Positions 9,696 through 18,865 of a DNA stretch of 64,000 nucleotides are shown here, piece after piece. The position numbers were made by a program, and so were the translations under genes. Under the pieces are notes generated by a model, which saw only the letters and a list, made by a program, of their open reading frames with translations, ran no database searches and was not told where the DNA came from. The stretch covers positions 256,001-320,000 of the forward strand of contig CAWANH010000028.1 in the NCBI GenBank assembly GCA_963783375.1, written 5' to 3'. How positions within the stretch are numbered: position 1 is the first letter of the stretch; each line of letters opens with the position of its first letter. Source of the stretch: Candidatus Eiseniibacteriota bacterium (GTDB lineage: Bacteria > Eisenbacteria > RBG-16-71-46 > JABDJR01).

Positions 9696-11735
9696 TCACG
9701 GCCCGCCTTCCGAGCCCTCGGCGGACGGCGTCCAGAGAAACACGCTGAACAGATCGTTCTGGAAGACCCGGCGCGAGTCGGGGGGCGGGGGCCGGTTCGC
9801 CGTCGCCGGGAGCCGGCGGATCACGTAGACCGGGGCCTCGAGGCCGGTGAGCACGGCGGCCTGGCGGGGAAGAAGCGGCGTCCCCCGCAGGAGGTTCAGC
9901 GCGGTCAAGCGGCGGAGCACCACCAGGTCCGTGGCGTAGTTCAGGGCGCGGACGTGGGTCTCGCCGGCGAAGAGCAGCGCGCGCCCCGCTCCCAGCGCCA
10001 GGCCGGGGTCGCTGTCCACCACCACCGCGTTCATCGGGGTCTTCTCCCGGAGCCACGTCTCCACTTCCTCGGCCTCGGGGCGCCGGTCGGTGGGGTCGGG
10101 GGCGCGGAGATAGGCCGCGAGCCCCAGCGCGGTGCGCGGAACCAGAAACAGAAAAACCATGAGCACGGTGATGAACCGGCCCGCGGAACCGGACCGATGC
10201 CACAGGGTGGGGACGCCCGCCCCCGCGGCCAGGGCCAGGGGGACATGGGCGAGAACCAGGGGCGCCAGGACCGGATTGGGCCCGGGGAAATCCACCACCA
10301 ACGCCACCACGAACAGAAGAACGGCCCAGACCGTGAAGGCCTGGCGGCGCACCTCGGGGGCGCCCAGAAACGCGGTGAGGACGCCGGCGGAGAGGACGAG
10401 ATCGGGAAGGAGAACGGCGGCGAAGAGCACGGTCTTCCCGAGCGAGACGTCCAGGAATCGGGTGGGATCGAAGGGAGCGCCCCGAAGCATGAAGGCCAGG
10501 TAGGGCGCGCACACCAGGAGCGCCAGGGCCATGGGGAGAAGGGTTCCCGTGAGTTCCCAGCCGGGGCCTCGGAAGGGGTTGAGCCGCGCGGCCACCCACA
10601 CCACCGGGATCGATACGACGGTCACCGCGATCGCCATCATGCCCACGCCGCCCTGGAAGAGCAGCATCCCCACCGTGGCCAGGAAGAGGAGGATGTTCGC
10701 CCGCATCCGCTGGTCCCCGAGGGTGGCCACCCCCGCGATCATGAACAGGGACAGATAGACCAGGGCCATCATGAAGGGACCCGCGGTCACGAACTGATCG
10801 AGGAAGAAGGAGGCGGGGGGGGGAAACCGGGCGGGGAGCGCCGCGGCGGGAGAGGCGAGACCCAGCTCACCGAGGAGCCGCGGCCAGACCGGGCCGGCAT
10901 GAATCAGGGCCTCGGAGGGAAGCACCAGCCAGAACGCTCCGTTCAGGGAGAAGAAGAGGAAGGCCGCACCCCATACCGAGCGGCCGTGGGTGAGGGCGAG
11001 CAGGTTCAGGAGCCGGTAGCCGGCGAAGATCAGGACGAAGGCGCCGACGAGGCTCCCTCCGGCGAGGACGGCCTCCCCCGGCATCCGGGTGGCGCCCTCC
11101 AGAACCGCGAGGTAGGCGTGAAAGGCCCAGAAGGTGCGGAGCGGCACCCCGGCCAGGAAGGGGTCCCGGGGGGGAAACCCGTGGAGAAGGATGTCGTTCA
11201 CCACCCCCAGGTGGAGGGGGGCGTCCCCGGAGGAACGGGTCCAGTCCCGGGCCAGCAGCGGCACCGCGATCAGGACCAGGACCAACGTGGCCAGCGCGAT
11301 CACCTGCTGACGATCGCTTCGCCGGCGAAAGAAACCGGGGGTGTCCACGGTGAGCGCGTAGTCCTCGATCTCGCGCTGGGGCTGGGGGGCGAGAGCCACC
11401 GCCAGAACCGAAAGGAATACGATCCAGGTGGGGGTGTTCTCCACCGGCATCCCGCTCAGGGTGAGGAGCATTCCCGCTCCCACCGCCAGCACCGGCGAGA
11501 GAATGAGTGGGAGGATGCACGAGGCCCAGAGCCCGAACCGGTTCTCCACCCAGAGCGCGGCCCCCAACCCGGGGAGATAGGCCACCCCGACCATCCCGAA
11601 GAACGCGGTGAGTACGGGAGGCGTGGACGCACCCCGGGTCAGCGCGAAGAGGACGCCCAGCGAGATGGCCAAGCCCGGAAGCAGGGCGCGGCCGAAGGGG
11701 GATCCGGAGGGAAAGGCGAGCTGGGTCGAGGTCAC
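9696..11735 (-). CDS. Large polytopic membrane protein, putative GT-C-fold glycosyltransferase
   Basis: Many TM segments; loop motif GDAPLH..PPRDPFLAG; C-terminal soluble domain WLREKTPMNAVVV. Confidence 0.6.
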   Translation of the reverse strand: MTSTQLAFPSGSPFGRALLPGLAISLGVLFALTRGASTPPVLTAFFGMVGVAYLPGLGAALWVENRFGLWASCILPLILSPVLAVGAGMLLTLSGMPVENTPTWIVFLSVLAVALAPQPQREIEDYALTVDTPGFFRRRSDRQQVIALATLVLVLIAVPLLARDWTRSSGDAPLHLGVVNDILLHGFPPRDPFLAGVPLRTFWAFHAYLAVLEGATRMPGEAVLAGGSLVGAFVLIFAGYRLLNLLALTHGRSVWGAAFLFFSLNGAFWLVLPSEALIHAGPVWPRLLGELGLASPAAALPARFPPPASFFLDQFVTAGPFMMALVYLSLFMIAGVATLGDQRMRANILLFLATVGMLLFQGGVGMMAIAVTVVSIPVVWVAARLNPFRGPGWELTGTLLPMALALLVCAPYLAFMLRGAPFDPTRFLDVSLGKTVLFAAVLLPDLVLSAGVLTAFLGAPEVRRQAFTVWAVLLFVVALVVDFPGPNPVLAPLVLAHVPLALAAGAGVPTLWHRSGSAGRFITVLMVFLFLVPRTALGLAAYLRAPDPTDRRPEAEEVETWLREKTPMNAVVVDSDPGLALGAGRALLFAGETHVRALNYATDLVVLRRLTALNLLRGTPLLPRQAAVLTGLEAPVYVIRRLPATANRPPPPDSRRVFQNDLFSVFLWTPSAEGSEGGP

Positions 11736-11933
11736 CGGGCCCCCTTTCCGCCCCCTGCACCGCATCCACCCCTGACCGGACCTCCGCTCCCCTGATACGA
11801 TGCGCTCACCCGTCGCGGGTTCGGATGGTGGCGGCGGGCTCTGACTCGGCTCCGAGGGCCGGCGCGCCTACCCGGCGCGCCCGCCGTTCCCCGGAGCGCG
11901 ACCGGATCCGGACGGAAGGGGTGGACGGCCGGC

Positions 11934-14543
11934 TTGAACTCACAGCGCATTTCCTGGTTCTGGCCTCTCTCTTTCCTGGCCGCCCTCGGCCAGTGCCTCC
12001 TGCTCCTTACCCATAACACCTCGGGCCCGGCCGCCGCGCGATTCGTGCTGGCGGTGTGGACGTTCTGGATTCCGGGGGTATGGCTGGGGAATCTTCTCAC
12101 AAAGCCGCATACCGGTCTCCCCGCTCGCCTGCCCCTTCAGGCGTCCTGCGCCATGGCCCTGGCTTACGTCCTTCTCATCCTGCGCTCCTCCGGGGTGCTG
12201 GCCACCCAGTGGGTTCCGATCCTGGTGGCGGGCGTCGCGTTCCTGATCGGCCTCGTGTTCCTCCTGCTCCCGGGAAACCGGGGAGGGCTCCGGCGCGCCC
12301 CCCGCTGGGAAGCGCGCGAGGTGCGCCGGGCGGATCCCCAGTGGATGACCCTCTTCGTGGCGGTCCTGATCGGGACCGCCCTCCTCGGACTGTGGGCGGG
12401 ATCGCCCCTGTCCTTGCGCCCGGACGGCGTGGACCAGGTGGGGGCGGCGCGCCTGGCCGGGCGGATCGCCTACGGGTTCCTCCCCCCCGCCTACCACGAT
12501 CACCTGGGGATGGCGGTGAGCGACCCCCACCGGAGCCTCGCCCATGCCCTGATCGACCTCCTGGCCCGGCTCTCCAACCTTCCTCACGACCGGATCTGGG
12601 ACCTGCTCCCCATGGTGGCGGCCCCGGTCCTGCTCCTGGCCGTCTACACCCTGGGGCGGGTCATCTTCCGGAACGAGAACCTCGCCGTGGCCTCGGCCCT
12701 GGTCTACCTGGCGCTGGCCACCGCGGGGTTGGGCGGCGACGCGCTTCGCCTCACCCCCTATCCCGACCGCCTGGCCCAGATCCCCTATTGGGTGGGAGTA
12801 AGCCTGTTCCTCGACGGCCTGGACCGCCCCCATCCGCGGGCGGGAATCGCCCTGGGATTCGTGGCCCTGGCGGTGGCCGGAACCCACCTCGGCATGGGTT
12901 TCGTTCTCCTGGTGGTGATGGTGGCGGTGGGCACCCACACCTGGGGTTCGGTGGACCGGTTCCTGGAGGGATTGCCGCTCCTATTGGTGCTGTGGATCCC
13001 CGCCCTGGTGCTGACCGGATTCTACCTGGCCTTGCGCGCGGCCGCCCTGGGGTCGCTGGTTCCGTTCGAGGTTCCCGCCCAGGGGCTGTTGATCCTGGGG
13101 CCCGGGCGCTGGATCCTCGATCCCGCCGCGCACCGCGGCGCGGTGGAAGCGGCGGCGATCCTGGCCGGCGCGGGCGCGGTGGTCCTCCTGCGCTTCGCCT
13201 GGCAGAAGGTGAGCACCTACTACCTGGTCGCCCTCACCGCGGCCACCCTTCTCCTGGGCTACAACCCCTGGGTCACGCCCTGGTTGGAGCGACACCTGGG
13301 GGCCATGGTTCATCTTGTTCCCTGGCTGCTCCCGCTCCCCTTCCTCCTGGTCGCCGAAGGTGAGTGGGCGGCCCGCGGCCTGGCCCGATCGGAAGGGCTT
13401 ACCTGGATCCGGTTCCTTCTCCTGGGAGCGATGGGGGTGGTCGCGGTGTGGCTGACCGTGGACGGCCTTGGACACTTCGCGTATCTCCCCTCGCGGGTGG
13501 CCGCCGAGCGCGCCGCGGCCCCCGAGAGCTACCGCCCCCTGGCCCGGGCGCTGGCGGAGGCGGTCCCCGAGCGGCCGGTCGTCCTCACCGACCCGGTGGC
13601 CGCGGCGGCGTTGGCCGCCTACGCCCCGGTTCGCTCGGCCTACGTCCCCGGGCAGCCCGATTCCCCCCGGGGCGACGCGCTCCGCCGCACCCTGGCCGGG
13701 CGGGAAGCCCTCATGGAGCGGCCGAACGGGTCGGAAGACCGGGCGGTCGAGGATTCCTCCTTCGTCGGCCCGTCGGTCGGGCCGGGAGCCGATCACCGGC
13801 GCGCTCTGCTCCGGTTTCTGCGCGCCTATCCGGCCGAGGTGGTGGTCGCTCCGCGAAGCCCGGCGCCCGACCGATTCGCCGACGGCTGGCGCCTCAGCCC
13901 GGGCGACGGGCCCGCCTGGGATCGATGGCTCCAGGCCGACTCCACCCGCTACCACCGGGTGCCCCTCGAATCCCTGGGGGCGGCGTTCCTGGTGGCCTCC
14001 CCGCCCCCCGGCCCCGGCCCCGAGACCTGGCTGGGCGACTCCCCGGGACCGCTCCGTCCACCCGCCTCGACACGTTTCCCGGGCCCCGGCCTGCGCTCGG
14101 TGATCCCGGACACCGAGGCGGTGGCGGCGGGGGAAACGTTGCTGGTCATCACGCGGTGGACCAGACCGGCCGGGACCGCGCGCCCCGACCCCCGCGGATA
14201 CCGGCTGCGTCTTGAAATTCACGCGGTCCCCCCGGGGCCGCCTTCATTCCGTTCGTGGCTGCGTACCCGCTGGAGCGCGACCGCCGACCTGCTCTCCGGC
14301 CGGCGCCACGGCACCGGAGTGGAGGACCTGCTCGCGGGTGGACGCCCCACCGCCTGGTGGCCGGGGGAAATCACCCAGGAGACCGCTTTCGCGATCCCGC
14401 GCTGGCTGGTTCCGGGCACCTACGAGCTTCGGGCGGCCGCGCTTCCCGGTCCGGTGAGCCACGACCGGGTCCGCCGGGGAGTCACCTTCCTCCCCCCCCA
14501 CGGTCAGCCGGTTCTGGTTCGCCTGCTTCCTCCCGGTAGCTGA
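11934..14543 (+). CDS. Large polytopic membrane protein, putative GT-C-fold, divergent from 9696-11735
   Basis: Many TM segments, W-IPG motif near the N-terminus, loop PDGVDQ, C-terminal domain with PVVLTDP and PGTYEL. Start codon uncertain (TTG). Confidence 0.6.
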   Translation: MNSQRISWFWPLSFLAALGQCLLLLTHNTSGPAAARFVLAVWTFWIPGVWLGNLLTKPHTGLPARLPLQASCAMALAYVLLILRSSGVLATQWVPILVAGVAFLIGLVFLLLPGNRGGLRRAPRWEAREVRRADPQWMTLFVAVLIGTALLGLWAGSPLSLRPDGVDQVGAARLAGRIAYGFLPPAYHDHLGMAVSDPHRSLAHALIDLLARLSNLPHDRIWDLLPMVAAPVLLLAVYTLGRVIFRNENLAVASALVYLALATAGLGGDALRLTPYPDRLAQIPYWVGVSLFLDGLDRPHPRAGIALGFVALAVAGTHLGMGFVLLVVMVAVGTHTWGSVDRFLEGLPLLLVLWIPALVLTGFYLALRAAALGSLVPFEVPAQGLLILGPGRWILDPAAHRGAVEAAAILAGAGAVVLLRFAWQKVSTYYLVALTAATLLLGYNPWVTPWLERHLGAMVHLVPWLLPLPFLLVAEGEWAARGLARSEGLTWIRFLLLGAMGVVAVWLTVDGLGHFAYLPSRVAAERAAAPESYRPLARALAEAVPERPVVLTDPVAAAALAAYAPVRSAYVPGQPDSPRGDALRRTLAGREALMERPNGSEDRAVEDSSFVGPSVGPGADHRRALLRFLRAYPAEVVVAPRSPAPDRFADGWRLSPGDGPAWDRWLQADSTRYHRVPLESLGAAFLVASPPPGPGPETWLGDSPGPLRPPASTRFPGPGLRSVIPDTEAVAAGETLLVITRWTRPAGTARPDPRGYRLRLEIHAVPPGPPSFRSWLRTRWSATADLLSGRRHGTGVEDLLAGGRPTAWWPGEITQETAFAIPRWLVPGTYELRAAALPGPVSHDRVRRGVTFLPPHGQPVLVRLLPPGS

Positions 14544-14569
14544 CCGCCGTCCGCCGGGAGAGGTCCACG

Positions 14570-14578
14570 TGGTATCAT
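14570..14578 (+). promoter_or_regulatory. Candidate extended -10 promoter (TGgTATCAT)
   Basis: AT-rich island about 80 bp upstream of the 14657 start. Confidence 0.35.
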
Positions 14579-14656
14579 TGTTGTTCGGCAAATCAATGGT
14601 CGTGTCTTCCCCCATGGCATTCGCACCCGGCACTTCGCACCCGAGGGGATCATCCC

Positions 14657-16144
14657 GTGCGCCTGTCTTTCCCCCATGGTCCGTCATTGGGCCTCCACCC
14701 CCGATCCCGGCTCCGAACCACCCTGGTCCTGACCGCCCTCCTGCTTCCCGGTCTGGCCCCCCGGGTCCACGGGGCCGAGACCCCGCCCCCCGGCTACTAC
14801 CTCCGGGACTTCGCCGCCGTGGCCACCCCCACCGCGATGGCCTTCGGGCCCGACGGCTGGCTCTACTGCACCACCGTCAACGGCCGGGTCTACGCGTTCC
14901 GGGACGCGGACGGGGACGGCGTGGCCGACTCCACCGCCCTCTTCGCCCAGAACCTGGTTCGTCCCCTGGGGGTGGCGCCTCACGGTGGGGCGATCTACGT
15001 TTCTTCCCTTGGACGGGTGGCTCGATACTGGGATCTGGACGGGGACCACGTGGCCGACCTCGCCGATACCCTGATCACCGGGCTCCCCTTCGGCGCGCAC
15101 CAGAACAGCGGCATCGCCTTCGGTCCCGACGGAAACCTGTACGTCACGGTAGGGACGACGACCAGCACCGGGATCCAGACCCATCCCTGGGCCGGCACCA
15201 TTCTCCGGTTCACCGCCGACGGGACCTTCGATGAGATCTTCGCCGGGGGATTCCGGAACCCCTACGATCTGGCCTTCAACAATCAGGATGAACTCTTCGC
15301 CACCGACAATTCCCCGAGCGGCGACAGCACCTGGACCTGCTACGAGGCTCCCGATGAGCTGAACTGGATCCAGCGAGGCGCCAACTACGGGTTCCCCTAT
15401 TGTTTTGGATCGGGAGACTGCATCGATTTCGGGAGCGCCTGCGTCAGCCCGCCCTGCGGGGCCGGGGATTGCGAGTGGGGACAGGGATGCAAGAACTGGA
15501 TGACCGAGCCGATCTGGCTCCTCGATCCCCACTCCTCTTCCGACGGACTCTGCTTCGGCGACGGCTTCGCCGGCTTCGGCTCCACCGACCTGTTCGTGGC
15601 CCAGTGGGGCCAGGACGAACCGGTTGCGGGCTGCAATTTTCTGACCGGACGCCGGGTGGTCCACATCACCGTCCGTCGGCGGGGCCAGAAGTGGGTCGCC
15701 GAGAACGAGGAAGACTTCGTGACCGGCCTGCGCTCCCCCCTCGCCGTCCGGGTGGGACCGGACAGCTCGCTCTACATCGCCGACTTCTACGACGGAAAGA
15801 TCGTCCGCCTGGCCAGGACCGGGGTGACCGGAGTGGGGGGTGGGACCGGCCTGGGCGGAACACGGGCCCGGCTGGCCTTCCGGGCTGATCCGAATCCCGC
15901 CCGGGGCCCCGTCACCCTTCACTGGACGGCGCTCCCCCCCGAGGGCACGGTGACTCTGGAGGTGTTCGACGTGACGGGCAGGAAGGTGGCCGATCTCGGT
16001 TCCTTCCGGCGGCCCGATTCCTTGCCCGACGTGCGATGGAGCCTCCGGGACGACTCCGGCCGCCGGGTCCCCGCCGGCCTGTACATGGTTCGGGCTCGAA
16101 GCGGGAGCACCACCGCTCTGGGCAAGGTGCTGGTGCTTCCCTGA
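14657..16144 (+). CDS. PQQ-dependent sugar/sorbosone dehydrogenase-like beta-propeller with C-terminal FlgD-Ig/T9SS-type domain
   Basis: Signal peptide; MAFGPDGWLY, IAFGPDGNLY, GFRNPYDLAF, DELNWI..GANYGFP, GPDSSLYIAD; C-terminal PNPARG..VFDVTGRKV..PAGLYMVR. Confidence 0.85.
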   Translation: MRLSFPHGPSLGLHPRSRLRTTLVLTALLLPGLAPRVHGAETPPPGYYLRDFAAVATPTAMAFGPDGWLYCTTVNGRVYAFRDADGDGVADSTALFAQNLVRPLGVAPHGGAIYVSSLGRVARYWDLDGDHVADLADTLITGLPFGAHQNSGIAFGPDGNLYVTVGTTTSTGIQTHPWAGTILRFTADGTFDEIFAGGFRNPYDLAFNNQDELFATDNSPSGDSTWTCYEAPDELNWIQRGANYGFPYCFGSGDCIDFGSACVSPPCGAGDCEWGQGCKNWMTEPIWLLDPHSSSDGLCFGDGFAGFGSTDLFVAQWGQDEPVAGCNFLTGRRVVHITVRRRGQKWVAENEEDFVTGLRSPLAVRVGPDSSLYIADFYDGKIVRLARTGVTGVGGGTGLGGTRARLAFRADPNPARGPVTLHWTALPPEGTVTLEVFDVTGRKVADLGSFRRPDSLPDVRWSLRDDSGRRVPAGLYMVRARSGSTTALGKVLVLP

Positions 16145-16497
16145 CCTTCCGGGCGGAGCCCGGGAACACGCAGTTTAGCCCCCCTGTTCAAACACGACGT
16201 GGAGCCGCCGGCCAAGCCCCACGGATAGCCTCACAACCGACGGAAATTGTCGCCAATCCCGCCAGTTCTCCCTCCCACCGACCCTTCCCCGGTTCCTTCC
16301 CGTCACCGCCGGCAATTTATCCCGGCAAGCGGGGGCAATTTCCATAAGGGGAACGCATTGCGCTTGAGTCGGCCCCGCTGAAGGAGCACAATGAACGTGC
16401 GCCCGGGGGGGCTCATCTTCGGCGTACCTCCGGGTCCGCCGGCAACATTCTCAAGCATCGAGTGGCGCCTGCCGTGCGCCACCGGAGGGAGGCGCGC

Positions 16498-17190
16498 ATG
16501 TACAAAGCTACCAATCGGTTTGCCTCGACGCTGGGTCTTCTCCTTGTCCTCGTCCTGGTGTTCGCGGTTCCCCTCCCCGCCCTGGCCGCCTCGACCACGA
16601 TGGCGATCAGCCAGGTCTATGGGGGAGGCGGAAACTCCGGGGCGACCTACACCAACGACTTCATCGAGATCCACAACCTGAGCCTGGTGGCGGTGGACGT
16701 GACCGGATGGAGCGTCCAGTACGCCTCATCCACCGGGTCCACCTGGCAGGTGACACCGATCGCCGGCGTCATCCCCGCGGGGGCGTACTTCCTGGTCCAG
16801 GAAGCCCAGGGGTCCGGCGGAACCACCGCGCTTCCCACCCCGGATGCGACGGGTACCATCGCCATGTCCGGGACGAACGGCAAGGTGGCCCTGGTGAGCG
16901 CGGAGACCGCCCTGAGCGGCACCTGCCCCTCCGACGCTTCCATCGTGGATCTGGTGGGCTACGGATCGGCCAACTGCTTCGAGGGTCTGGGCGCCACCCC
17001 GGCGTTGAACAACACCACCGCCGACTTCCGCCTCGACTTCGGGTGCTTCGATTCCGACGACAATGCCTCGGATTTCTTCACCGGTCCCCCCGCTCCGCAG
17101 AACAGCGCGTCCCCCGTCAACCTCTGCACGCCCCCGGTCTCCGACCAGGAGTCCACCTGGGGCGGCGTGAAGACGCTCTATCGGGACTGA
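16498..17190 (+). CDS. Secreted lamin-tail-domain protein with C-terminal TWG motif
   Basis: GGAGG RBS, signal peptide, ISQVYGGGGNSGATYTNDFIEIHN (lamin-tail domain), D.DDNASDF..P.P.NS; ends STWGGVKTLYRD. Confidence 0.85.
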   Translation: MYKATNRFASTLGLLLVLVLVFAVPLPALAASTTMAISQVYGGGGNSGATYTNDFIEIHNLSLVAVDVTGWSVQYASSTGSTWQVTPIAGVIPAGAYFLVQEAQGSGGTTALPTPDATGTIAMSGTNGKVALVSAETALSGTCPSDASIVDLVGYGSANCFEGLGATPALNNTTADFRLDFGCFDSDDNASDFFTGPPAPQNSASPVNLCTPPVSDQESTWGGVKTLYRD

Positions 17191-17234
17191 GTGACCGGCG
17201 CGATCCACCGAACCGGGCCGCGCCCGTACGAATC

Positions 17235-17270
17235 GGGGGCGGGGAGATGACTCCCCGCCCCCTTTCTTCT
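17235..17270 (+). terminator. Rho-independent terminator
   Basis: 12-bp perfect stem GGGGGCGGGGAG/CTCCCCGCCCCC, 4-nt loop, followed by TTTCTTCT; lies between convergent genes. Confidence 0.8.
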
Positions 17271-17322
17271 CCCCCCGGCAAGCCCCCGGGGGGCGCGGGC
17301 GCAGTTCGCTTCGACGCCGCCG

Positions 17323-18024
17323 CTACGGGCCGCAGTGCGCCGGGGAACCGATCGCGAACTTGATGTAGGGGCCGAGTATGGTGGCGTCGGCCCCCGAGGT
17401 CCCGTCCCCATAGGGCGCGGTGAAATCGGTGCACGGGTCGGCTAGGCCGAGTCCCAGGTTGGGAGCATGATAGCTGGCGTCGGCCGCGCTCACCGAGGTG
17501 ACTCCGCCCACCTCGTTGCAGGTCCCGGTCTCCGTGCACAGCTTCCCGTCGGTATCGTTGACGACGTCCGGGGAATTCACGGCCGGTTCGGCCAGGATGA
17601 TGTTGTCGGCCCGGACCTGCACGATGTACGACTGCCCCTGGTAGGCGTTCCACTGGATACAGCCGCCGCCCGCGATGTGGAAACCCACCTCGCCGTTCGC
17701 ATCCGTCACCCCGGTGTATTCCCGGTAGGGCTCGGCCGCGGTCTCCAGGTGGGACGGCGCGTCCCCGAAGCCGTCCGACCAGGCGATGAGATGGGTGGCG
17801 TCGGGAGAGAACGTGACCACGACCGTCGCACCAGGCACCGGGTACCCCTCCCCGCTGATCTGGGCCGCGAACTCGAAGGCGCCGTCCGGGGTGATGGTCA
17901 CCTGATCGGGAATGTTCGACTGGTTCGGGTCGGGGATCGGCCCGGCCAGGCCGGGGACCGCCCCGGTGGCCAGAGTTCCGAGCAGGACGGTACCGCAAAG
18001 GGCGTGAGGACTCCAACGTGGCAT
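17323..18024 (-). CDS. Secreted hypothetical protein, Ig-like domain plus degenerate dockerin/EF-hand-like C-terminus
   Basis: Signal peptide; TDANGEV.F.I.GGGC; NSPDV..VSAADA..TDF..GDGTSGADA paired repeats; several Cys. Confidence 0.6.
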   Translation of the reverse strand: MPRWSPHALCGTVLLGTLATGAVPGLAGPIPDPNQSNIPDQVTITPDGAFEFAAQISGEGYPVPGATVVVTFSPDATHLIAWSDGFGDAPSHLETAAEPYREYTGVTDANGEVGFHIAGGGCIQWNAYQGQSYIVQVRADNIILAEPAVNSPDVVNDTDGKLCTETGTCNEVGGVTSVSAADASYHAPNLGLGLADPCTDFTAPYGDGTSGADATILGPYIKFAIGSPAHCGP

Positions 18025-18189
18025 GGGGATACCTCCCGAAGATGTCAGGCTACTGAATCGCGCGGCCGGCCATCGGGTACACTCCCCGTACCAGGAGCAT
18101 ATCGCGATTTTCCCCCTCCCCCACGCCGGAATCGGCCCGGGCGGAGGGTTGAGGCGATCCGAAGCCGTTCCGGCCGGCCCCGGAAGGGT

Positions 18190-18813
18190 TCAGTATCGCG
18201 CGAGGCGGCCCCGGATCCACTTGAAGGGCAAGAACATGGAGACCCGGCGCCGGTAGGCCCGGTAGGGCTCGCCGAATTCCCGCACGAGCTTCCGTTCCTC
18301 CAGGAACGCTCCCGCGACCAGGTAGACGGAGAGCACCCCCGCGGTGATCAGCCCGGGAGCGGTCTTGGGGCCGGCGGCCAGGAACAGCACGCCCCCGGTA
18401 TACCAGGGGTGGCGGATCGCGCCGAGAATCCCCTTCCGGGAGAGCCCTCCCGAGGCCCCGAGCCCCGGGCCGCTCCGCCCGGCGCGAAGCTGGCGGAGTC
18501 CCAGGAAGGTCGCGGTGTCGTATACCTTCGCCCCCGCCCAGAAGAGGTAGAGCGATGCGGGAAGAAGGATCGCGGTGACCGGGACCCACCCACCCCACCA
18601 ATCGAACACCACCGGGCCGTCCAGGGAACGCGCGAACAGGAAGACGGCGAGAAAGGTCGCGGCGGCGAGCAGGTTGTACCCCAGGCGGTAGAACCGCGCG
18701 CGGGGTCCGAGGCCGGCGGTGATCCGGTCGCGCACCCCGAGGGCGATGAGCCCGCTGTGGAGAGCGCACCAGGCGACCCAGGCCAGGGCGAGAATCCAGA
18801 GCCCTCCGGTCAT
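18190..18813 (-). CDS. Isoprenylcysteine carboxylmethyltransferase/NnrU/MddA-like membrane methyltransferase
   Basis: LHS in TM1, YRLGYN, IRHPWY, EERKLVREFGEPYRAY. Confidence 0.8.
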   Translation of the reverse strand: MTGGLWILALAWVAWCALHSGLIALGVRDRITAGLGPRARFYRLGYNLLAAATFLAVFLFARSLDGPVVFDWWGGWVPVTAILLPASLYLFWAGAKVYDTATFLGLRQLRAGRSGPGLGASGGLSRKGILGAIRHPWYTGGVLFLAAGPKTAPGLITAGVLSVYLVAGAFLEERKLVREFGEPYRAYRRRVSMFLPFKWIRGRLARY

Positions 18814-18865
18814 GAGCGCGGAGCGCCCCGGCGCCCCGGTTCACCGCCGCCGCCCGAAGGCCGGT

